Of a stretch of DNA of 64,000 bases, positions 57,150-64,000 are shown one piece after another. The position numbers and the translations under genes are program-made. The first letter of the stretch is position 1. Each line of letters begins with the position of its first letter. Source of the stretch: Phage NC-B; sequence record MK310183; one strand, given 5' to 3'. Under the pieces are notes generated by a model. The model was not told the origin of the DNA and ran no database searches. It saw only the letters and a program-made list of their open reading frames with translations.

Positions 57150-58250
57150 TTACAGCAGTCGTTCTAACTGCATTTCCAGATGATCTGGAATATAACCAGT
57201 GACATTATCATCACTACTGCCTGATTCACGCATCAATGCAAACATGTGACGAATCTCACCAACCGTTGCGGTTCGTGTATTCTCAATCTGGTTAGAGTAA
57301 TGAGATAAGATTTCTTCATAGACACGGTTAGCATTACCACGAACATATCCCAAGAAACCATAGAAGTCATTCATGTCACGAAGATTAATCAAGATTTCTC
57401 CATCAGAACCTGTCTGATGTACACGAACTCGACCGACCAAAGTTACAGATCGCTCACGACAGAACAGAATATCTCGAGCAAGACGATACCCTTCAGTGAG
57501 ATCACTATCTCTTGGGGTGTAGTCTAGAGGTAGATGTTGAATCATAGGAGCGAAGCGCAGCTCATTCAACTTCTCAACATAAGCTTCATTGTCTAAATCT
57601 GCATATTCAACAGCCAGTTTCTTGAGAACCAAGAAACGATTGACCAGATTTAGCAGCTGACTCTTTTTCCACTTCGGCTCTGAGATACGGAACTCAACAG
57701 AACCAAACTGAGAGAGAGGTAACAGATTAAGGGAGGTGTACTTGTCCCAGCTATTAACAAGAGTACGGAAGAAATCTTCCCCATCTCGGTTGAACGCTGA
57801 TGAAGCATTCATAACTTGAGCTTGAACAACAGCAAAAGCTGGGCAGAAGTTACTACGGTAACGATGATATCCAGAACATTTGAACATCATCTTTTCATAG
57901 AACGTCCACCCAAGAATAACTTTCTTAAGGATATTACTATCAGCGTCCCGCATATCCATATGAACGTGAGTGGAGCAGCGCCAAGTTCCCTCGGCTCCAG
58001 AATCCTGTACCGCTTCACTCAGATTGTTAATAGCACGAAGTAATTCTTCACCGTTGTAAGGTCGTGAACAAACTAACTCACAACCATCACGAAGAGAGCC
58101 GTCTTCAGTACAAACCCACATATCGACGTCAATGTCAGTCGTACCTTCAACCTCTAACTCAATACCAACACCACACTGAAAGGCAATACTTGGATGCGGT
58201 TCAGATAAGCGAGGGTTACGGTATCCAAAAACTTGTGCTACGGTTGTCAT
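57150..58250 (-). CDS. amidoligase-like protein (glutamine-synthetase-like fold)
   Basis: GVGIELEVEG and STHVHMD motifs; sits next to the GATase and near a GGCT gene, the neighbourhood I recall being described for this family. Confidence 0.6.
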   Translation of the reverse strand: MTTVAQVFGYRNPRLSEPHPSIAFQCGVGIELEVEGTTDIDVDMWVCTEDGSLRDGCELVCSRPYNGEELLRAINNLSEAVQDSGAEGTWRCSTHVHMDMRDADSNILKKVILGWTFYEKMMFKCSGYHRYRSNFCPAFAVVQAQVMNASSAFNRDGEDFFRTLVNSWDKYTSLNLLPLSQFGSVEFRISEPKWKKSQLLNLVNRFLVLKKLAVEYADLDNEAYVEKLNELRFAPMIQHLPLDYTPRDSDLTEGYRLARDILFCRERSVTLVGRVRVHQTGSDGEILINLRDMNDFYGFLGYVRGNANRVYEEILSHYSNQIENTRTATVGEIRHMFALMRESGSSDDNVTGYIPDHLEMQLERLL

Positions 58251-58873
58251 AATGATTCCACCAACTCTACATTATATGATGACAGGTCTGAAGAAATATG
58301 CTTGAACTTCTCCAGAAGGTTTAAAGATTGACGACCATTGTCGCCATAACCAGCTTCAAGAAGCACGTTTCCAACGTAAGCCCCTTTGTAATAAACTTTT
58401 CCATCGACAGGATTGATATAGATGAAACGAGTAACCAACCCTTCAAACTCTGGATTAAACAGGTTGTACACCAAATCACCCGGAATCGAACGTCCGAGAG
58501 AAGGTGGAGCACCACGAAGTTTATTCCCCATCAAGCCTTTAGCTCGCTGACGAACAGGGTTAATATGGGTCCAGCTCACCATGTTATTACCATGCTGAAG
58601 GTATCCTACATCTGGAGACTCCAGAATGAGGTTGTGATCAAACACTGGGATATTACTAACAATCTGACGTTCAAACTGACCTTCAGAGTTTTTAGTCCAG
58701 CGTTCCGCCTCAAACACTAAAGACATTTCAGCGTCGTGTGAGTAGTCGTCGATATCAAAGTTACCTTGCTGACGAACATCAAGCACATATAGAGGGAGGT
58801 TTTTACCATCAGGTGATCGCTGAGCAATCCATGTTCCACAATAATAGTGTTGAAAATCTCTTAACAGGCTCAC
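58247..58873 (-). CDS. hypothetical protein
   Basis: 208 aa ORF, ATGA overlap. Confidence 0.5.
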   Translation of the reverse strand: MSLLRDFQHYYCGTWIAQRSPDGKNLPLYVLDVRQQGNFDIDDYSHDAEMSLVFEAERWTKNSEGQFERQIVSNIPVFDHNLILESPDVGYLQHGNNMVSWTHINPVRQRAKGLMGNKLRGAPPSLGRSIPGDLVYNLFNPEFEGLVTRFIYINPVDGKVYYKGAYVGNVLLEAGYGDNGRQSLNLLEKFKHISSDLSSYNVELVESL

Positions 58874-58882
58874 AATATCACC

Positions 58883-59689
58883 TTATACAATCTGGAGTTT
58901 AGAGGAGAATTTATCCGCTTCTTTAACATCGTTACTGTTGATGATGTTGTGAAGCTTTTCAATTGGAAGGCGAGAGTGAAGTGACATCAATACTTCTATA
59001 TCACAACCCTGAACAACCTTATCCACTTGCTCATAAACAAACTTGCGAGTGGACTTATCACCAATCCAGAAGTTAGAAAGAGAACGATATTCAATACCGT
59101 AATCTTTGTAGCGAATGGCAGAAGCCTTTCCGTACAACTCTTTACGACGAGTGTCTTTATCCATGATCACAGCTGGCAAGGACAGGAAGTAATCACACAA
59201 CACACCCAACATCATTTGAGTTTGTCGAGTAATCTCTAAAGTCCCGGAGACACCAAGGTGCACATGACCCCCAGCAGTACGCAAACCTTTATCAGTTGCG
59301 ACCGGTGAAGGGTTCTTTTGTCCAGTGAAGGCATTGAAATCAGGAGTACAACCAAATACAAAGGCTGACGGATGGAAAGATTCAAGCTCTTCTGAAGTGA
59401 ACACATGAGAGCTAATCCCAAGTGCTGCCTCCATGCCACGTTCATTGAGAACTTTGTTAGTCAGATCAATACCGCGCTGAATGTTATCATCAAACGCTTC
59501 AAACCCTTTCTGTGGGTTAATATCAAACTCGGCCAGAACGTTGTCTTCTTGAAGACGAACATCAGGAGCCAGATCAATTTTATTATCTTTAGAACAGCCC
59601 AGCTTACCAGCCACAGAGGTGATAATACCGGAAGCAGTACGAACAAACATTTCAGGGTCAGAGCCAATAAGGAAAGCGCGCTTAGTCAT
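58883..59689 (-). CDS. hypothetical protein (possible second ligase-fold protein)
   Basis: AFLIGSDPEMFV and GGHVHLGV resemble the acidic-strand plus HVH pattern of 57150..58250; start set to ATG 59689. Confidence 0.45.
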   Translation of the reverse strand: MTKRAFLIGSDPEMFVRTASGIITSVAGKLGCSKDNKIDLAPDVRLQEDNVLAEFDINPQKGFEAFDDNIQRGIDLTNKVLNERGMEAALGISSHVFTSEELESFHPSAFVFGCTPDFNAFTGQKNPSPVATDKGLRTAGGHVHLGVSGTLEITRQTQMMLGVLCDYFLSLPAVIMDKDTRRKELYGKASAIRYKDYGIEYRSLSNFWIGDKSTRKFVYEQVDKVVQGCDIEVLMSLHSRLPIEKLHNIINSNDVKEADKFSSKLQIV

Positions 59690-60632
59690 TGTAATACTCC
59701 ACGAGTTCATCAAAAAGGGAAACAACACGAGCACCAGCTTCTTCTGGTGTCATTGAGGAAGGTACTGCTTGCATCAGACGTTCGATAAAACTTCGAACAG
59801 TAATTCTGTCCATACGCTGATCTAATACTTCTCGCTTGTGACCTGCACAAGTTGACCAGAGACGTAACCACTCACTCATACTCTCATAATGGTCAGGGTC
59901 TTGGTCACGACGACGTGCCATACGACGGAGAACTCCATCATTATGGTTTCGTACATAACCATCTCGGTTGTCATCAACACCGAATACATTCTGAACCCAT
60001 ACGTTTTCAGAAAATTCATCAGTGGTGCAAATTAATGGCAGAAATGCAATTGCACTCATGTCGCCATCAAAATAAGTCGCTGCTGACTCATCGGTTGAGT
60101 CTACGTCATTACTATAACACCAGCGACCAAAGAAGTTACGACTTAAACCAGCTAAGCGTAGAGCTAAACCGATTCGTTGTCGCTTAAGCAACTCTTCCTT
60201 GTCTTGTACGCCTTCCTGAAGGAACTCCATTCCATTAAAATCACCATCCAAATAGCTACGGATGGTCATTAGTCCAGTAAACACCTTGTCTGCTGGATGG
60301 TTTCGAAGGTTCACGGCAATGGAGTTCACCGAAGTGACAGAGAACATATCTTTATAGCAAGACATTGAGTTAAAAATATCTGTTGCTTCAACTAAAGCTC
60401 TTTCGATATCTTTAGCTGGCACGCCATAAAAATTGTGAGGCCAGAAGTTAATAACTTCAATTTCTGAAGTTCTATCACGAAGGCTTGTTCGGTTACGACT
60501 TTCACCGTTAATGTCTGTAACAGAATACATGTGCATGCAGTTAAAAGTACCAAAGCAAGCTCTTCCTTTGAACACTGACTCACCGAAATCCTCTGCCGGT
60601 GTTACCGGAGCAATCGATGCGGAGATTGACAT
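59682..60632 (-). CDS. hypothetical protein
   Basis: 316 aa ORF. Confidence 0.5.
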   Translation of the reverse strand: MSISASIAPVTPAEDFGESVFKGRACFGTFNCMHMYSVTDINGESRNRTSLRDRTSEIEVINFWPHNFYGVPAKDIERALVEATDIFNSMSCYKDMFSVTSVNSIAVNLRNHPADKVFTGLMTIRSYLDGDFNGMEFLQEGVQDKEELLKRQRIGLALRLAGLSRNFFGRWCYSNDVDSTDESAATYFDGDMSAIAFLPLICTTDEFSENVWVQNVFGVDDNRDGYVRNHNDGVLRRMARRRDQDPDHYESMSEWLRLWSTCAGHKREVLDQRMDRITVRSFIERLMQAVPSSMTPEEAGARVVSLFDELVEYYND

Positions 60633-60640
60633 ATTCGCCT

Positions 60641-61858
60641 CTATTTATTAAAGAATAGTTTTTCCATAATGGTTTCCCACTCTTCTGAGGGGAGGGTTGA
60701 GAACCCGTTTCCGTGAAGCCTGTTTGTCATGCAACTAATAATATTGTACATGTTGTAGCTTCGGGTGGATTCTGTTCCATTGTTCCAGTTATAACCGAAA
60801 ACAATTTTATCGAAGGAGGTTTTATCCGTAGTTACTTCTCGGATAAACTCAACCAAGAGCGATTTCTCTGTGATGACCGCACGTTCACCATCTGGCAGAT
60901 TGCAATACTGAGGAAGAAGGATTGGTAAGAACATCGAATTGTTCACTCGACAATCACGAACACCTTCACTGCGATAGATTAGGCTTGAGAAGTCTTCATC
61001 ACGCAGGTGTCCTTCACCTTCAGTGTATTCACACTGTCGCCACTTGGTCTGGCGAGGCTCAATCATTGTACTACCAACGCCTACTGTATACAGAGACGCT
61101 TGGAAAATACATGAATCGTAATCATTCCCCGTTAAAGCAACTTGCTCGTTGCCGAACACATCCACTGAAGAGTTAATCAGTCGGCTGAATGCAAGAGAGG
61201 CTAAAGGGGACCAGCCTTTCTTATACATCTTGTTCAGCATTTCATACACAGCAGATTTTTCATCATCTGTATAGAATGTACGATTCAGCATCAGATAGAA
61301 CAGAGCGCGATCAGCAGGACAACCATCAGTACAAACACCCATGAATCCTACTTCATGCCATACCAGACATGAGTCAGAATCTTTATCCATGAATGCTTCA
61401 AAGGCTTCCATTACAGCCCTGTCAGTAACATCAGGACGGTTGTTTTCTTCTGCCCATGTTTCTACATGAGAAGGAGGACGAGGGTCTCCATTCTCCACCC
61501 CTTCGCGGAAATATTGAGTGGTAATAGGCTTTTTATCACCATAACGTTTTACACCATAAGCGGGAAGGTGTGTACCAGAGTTCCAGATGTACTTAATTTC
61601 GGACATAGGCATCATGTTTTCGAGAACGTTCTCTTCAGCAGTGCCTTGACGAACCATCATATTTTCACTCCACACCTTAATGCGGATATTCCAGCCGTAG
61701 TTGCTGTCGTATGTGCAGTAGTAGTCAGGATCACCGTCTTCATCTTCACCATAATCACCACCCTGATAGTAACCCGCTTTCAGGAAACCATAACAAGGAG
61801 GCCAAACAGTTACAACGTCTTCTGATTCTTTCCAGCTTTGAAGTGTTACAGGGAACAT
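60641..61858 (-). CDS. hypothetical protein
   Basis: ORF 60641..61957 trimmed to ATG 61858 (AGAGG SD, no overlap with upstream gene). Confidence 0.5.
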   Translation of the reverse strand: MFPVTLQSWKESEDVVTVWPPCYGFLKAGYYQGGDYGEDEDGDPDYYCTYDSNYGWNIRIKVWSENMMVRQGTAEENVLENMMPMSEIKYIWNSGTHLPAYGVKRYGDKKPITTQYFREGVENGDPRPPSHVETWAEENNRPDVTDRAVMEAFEAFMDKDSDSCLVWHEVGFMGVCTDGCPADRALFYLMLNRTFYTDDEKSAVYEMLNKMYKKGWSPLASLAFSRLINSSVDVFGNEQVALTGNDYDSCIFQASLYTVGVGSTMIEPRQTKWRQCEYTEGEGHLRDEDFSSLIYRSEGVRDCRVNNSMFLPILLPQYCNLPDGERAVITEKSLLVEFIREVTTDKTSFDKIVFGYNWNNGTESTRSYNMYNIISCMTNRLHGNGFSTLPSEEWETIMEKLFFNK

Positions 61859-61868
61859 TTTTACCTCT

Positions 61869-62231
61869 TTACTCTGATACCAGAAGGCCCAGAGATTTGC
61901 GAATGTAGTCAATACTACGGAAGTTTCGATAGTTCTCTTGGAAGCGCATCTTTTCAAACTCTGCTTCCTGAAGCTCTACCTCTGCTGCTTTATATCCCGA
62001 TAAAGCTAAACTCACCACATCCTGAGGCAAGACATTACGACGACGAATAAGATATTTATTCGCTTTTAATTTACCTTGTGCACGAGCCATTTTGGCCTTT
62101 GCCGCCTTGATTCCATGAGAAATCCAAAGCAGTTGCTGCTTCAGGTCTTCCTCGTCCATACCACCTAAATCGTTTGCTACTTTATGCAGCGTAGACAGGT
62201 TTACATGGCCTTTAATGGGGCGTAGGTTCAT
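61869..62231 (-). CDS. hypothetical protein
   Basis: 120 aa basic helical ORF. Confidence 0.5.
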   Translation of the reverse strand: MNLRPIKGHVNLSTLHKVANDLGGMDEEDLKQQLLWISHGIKAAKAKMARAQGKLKANKYLIRRRNVLPQDVVSLALSGYKAAEVELQEAEFEKMRFQENYRNFRSIDYIRKSLGLLVSE

Positions 62232-62395
62232 AACTTCTCCTGTTTGTCACATTGATTGGTTAGCCAGTTGTAAGACCCTCTGTTATTCTTGCTTAACTCA
62301 CAAGATACAAAGGAAGTCACACGGGCAAACCCCACAGTGGCTAAGCAAATAAAGATTGCTGCCAATAAGAATTTAGCTTTCAACTTATTATCCAT
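62228..62395 (-). CDS. hypothetical small secreted/membrane protein (55 aa), not in ORF track
   Basis: MDNKLKAKFLLAAIFICLATVGFA signal-like N-terminus; AGAGG SD; stop TGA overlaps next ATG (ATGA). Confidence 0.35.
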   Translation of the reverse strand: MDNKLKAKFLLAAIFICLATVGFARVTSFVSCELSKNNRGSYNWLTNQCDKQEKL

Positions 62396-62636
62396 ACAAC
62401 CTCTTCTTTGAACTTAAAAAAGGACTCTCCTAAGAGAGCCAAGCTTTAAGGCCAATTAAATAGATATCACCCAATATCTGTGGATAACCTGCTCTTAAAA
62501 TATTCTATCCGACGGATGTTCGAGGATTACTCCTCTCCCTAGCATCGGCCCCATACGGGTAAGATTAAATTAAGTTTAGGTTAGTTGAGCCAGAATAGCT
62601 CACATAGCCCTCTGATACTCACAAGGGCTATAGATG

Positions 62637-62888
62637 TTACTCTGTGGCTCCGTCGAATCGGAGGATTGCTGTTGGAACAGGAATCACCACCATGTCAATC
62701 TCTAAACGGAAGAGATGACCTGTACTTAGCTGAACTGCTGTTACAGGTTTAGCGATACCCCCAACAGAAGCTGAGGGGATTCGAATAAAGAACTCCCCCG
62801 GATATTCAGTTGCACGGAATACATCTCCCGGTGTCATGTCCTTTACTTGGACAACCAATTCAGGAGGTTGTTTATTAGCAATTTGCAT
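62637..62888 (-). CDS. hypothetical protein
   Basis: 83 aa ORF after a 240-bp non-coding region. Confidence 0.45.
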   Translation of the reverse strand: MQIANKQPPELVVQVKDMTPGDVFRATEYPGEFFIRIPSASVGGIAKPVTAVQLSTGHLFRLEIDMVVIPVPTAILRFDGATE

Positions 62889-63121
62889 TACAGACCTTTC
62901 TTAGCACGATCTTTGGCAGTTTTGCCGGTGCGAATACGGTGGGAAACATTAACCAATTCGCCGCCTTCGACGATGGTTACGCTTTTGTTTTTCGCAATAT
63001 CGAATACAGTCTTCTCTGTACCGCCCAGACGAATCTGTTTAGGTTCGCTGTGGGTCTGAGTTGATTTAGACCGGAACTGGAACGGCTGACGGATGGCATC
63101 AATTGCGCTAACTTTAGACAT
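62888..63121 (-). CDS. hypothetical protein
   Basis: 77 aa ORF. Confidence 0.45.
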   Translation of the reverse strand: MSKVSAIDAIRQPFQFRSKSTQTHSEPKQIRLGGTEKTVFDIAKNKSVTIVEGGELVNVSHRIRTGKTAKDRAKKGL

Positions 63122-63148
63122 GTTTTATTACCTTACATTAAAGAGAGA

Positions 63149-63562
63149 TTAAACAACAAATTGGAACGCTTTGTATCCAAACTTGTAAGAGAAGTCGTGC
63201 TTGAATTTCACTACACGACCACGATCACGGAAAGATTTCAGACGGCTAATAAAGCCAGCCATCGGCTCAGGGTCAATAGGGCTACGAATCTTCATAGCTA
63301 CAGAGTGCAGCTTGAAGCGTTTACCAGTGCTACAGGCCATCATCACATACTCCATACGAGTAGTCCAGATGTTGAGCACCATGCTTGTTTTCTCCGCTGA
63401 CCAACCAGTCTTGCGGGCGATTTCCTTGTGGACATTAAGCTCCAAAGGAAGAGGGAATTGCTTGTTGAATGAAGCCGGATATAGCTTGACCAGAAGGTCA
63501 ATGTTTTCTTTATACGTTAAATAAGCCAATTTCTTGCTTACGTTGGGGAATTTCCCAGCCAT
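63149..63562 (-). CDS. ProQ/FinO-domain-like RNA-binding protein (putative)
   Basis: LVKLYPASFNKQFPLPLELNVHKEI and VLNIWTTRMEYV...GKRFKLHS align with the ProQ N-terminal domain pattern; start set to ATG 63562. Confidence 0.5.
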   Translation of the reverse strand: MAGKFPNVSKKLAYLTYKENIDLLVKLYPASFNKQFPLPLELNVHKEIARKTGWSAEKTSMVLNIWTTRMEYVMMACSTGKRFKLHSVAMKIRSPIDPEPMAGFISRLKSFRDRGRVVKFKHDFSYKFGYKAFQFVV

Positions 63563-63761
63563 TTTTTGAAGCTCCAAAACAGCGCCGAAAAGAGAGGCGT
63601 CATAGTAGCTAAAGGGAGGAGAGAAGAGGGCTTATTTACTTGCCTTTTTCTGTCCGTTAATGTACCAGATAACTGAGCCATCAGGCTGTCGCTGACCAAA
63701 GCCTTTCAGGTTAACCATTTCTTCTTCAGAGTAGGCACGTTTTCTCACTGAGTTTCTCCTG

Positions 63762-63992
63762 TCAATAGAAGGTGTGTGTAGAGTCATCGTTCATACATAA
63801 CCAAACGAAGAAGACAATCACACAGAAAGCAATAACACCGAGAATTGCAAGGATTATAGTGTTAGCTAATGTGATATCTAACACGCTTTGCAGATACATA
63901 AAGAACTGTACGACACCACATATCATTAGCACGACACCAACAACAATGAGGAGCCAATATGTGCAGAGAAGGGCTGCATCCAATAGTGACAC
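63762..63992 (-). CDS. small hydrophobic membrane protein (two predicted TM segments)
   Basis: 76 aa, LLCTYWLLIVVGVVLMICGVV and IILAILGVIAFCVIVFFVWL. Confidence 0.5.
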   Translation of the reverse strand: MSLLDAALLCTYWLLIVVGVVLMICGVVQFFMYLQSVLDITLANTIILAILGVIAFCVIVFFVWLCMNDDSTHTFY

Positions 63993-64000
63993 ATATTTTG

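Noticed and set aside
62397-62636. tRNA or small RNA gene in the 240-bp non-coding gap (also checked 35809..36141 and 42968..43145)
   Set aside because: No cloverleaf with a GTTCGAATC-like T-loop could be assembled by eye; only simple hairpins seen. A tRNA scan would be needed to exclude it
1-64000. Integrase, repressor, phage RNA polymerase, tail tube/sheath/tape-measure, mobile elements
   Set aside because: No ORF showed integrase (R-H-R-Y), T7-like RNAP or tail-tube features by eye, so none is reported; absence cannot be proven without searches

Overview
This window is most of a tailed-phage genome laid out as two convergent arms that meet at a bidirectional terminator near 31.0 kb. The forward arm (0.6-31.0 kb) is the morphogenesis module: small and large terminase, portal, scaffold, major capsid protein with a -1 frameshift extension into Ig-like domains, several tail fibres (one with a C-terminal intramolecular-chaperone domain), a GH24 lysozyme, a lytic transglycosylase and large internal virion proteins. 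The reverse arm (31.1-64.0 kb) carries a T7-like replication set (primase-helicase, family A DNA polymerase with a separately encoded 3'-5' exonuclease, 5'-3' exonuclease, endonuclease VII, SSB-like protein), nucleotide metabolism (dCTP deaminase, ThyX, P-loop kinase, HAD phosphatase, metallophosphoesterase), a phage sigma factor, an embedded spanin pair, PhoH, thioredoxin and a Dps-like ferritin. No tail tube, sheath or tape-measure gene, integrase or repressor was recognised, so a virulent podovirus is likely; the gene content recalls phiEco32-like phages, but that is from memory and unverified. The most interesting feature is a cluster at 51.8-59.7 kb encoding a gamma-glutamyl-cyclotransferase-like protein, an ATP-grasp ligase, a class-II glutamine amidotransferase-like protein and an amidoligase-like protein, a predicted amide-bond-forming modification system with no known target. 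The amidotransferase appears to start at a non-AUG (AUU) codon that preserves its catalytic N-terminal Cys. Other notable items are a ProQ/FinO-like protein, a CCA-adding-type nucleotidyltransferase with a disordered tail, several families of duplicated small proteins, and short-repeat arrays at the left end. All calls come from reading motifs by eye; no database search was run, and terminator and hairpin coordinates are approximate to a few bases.
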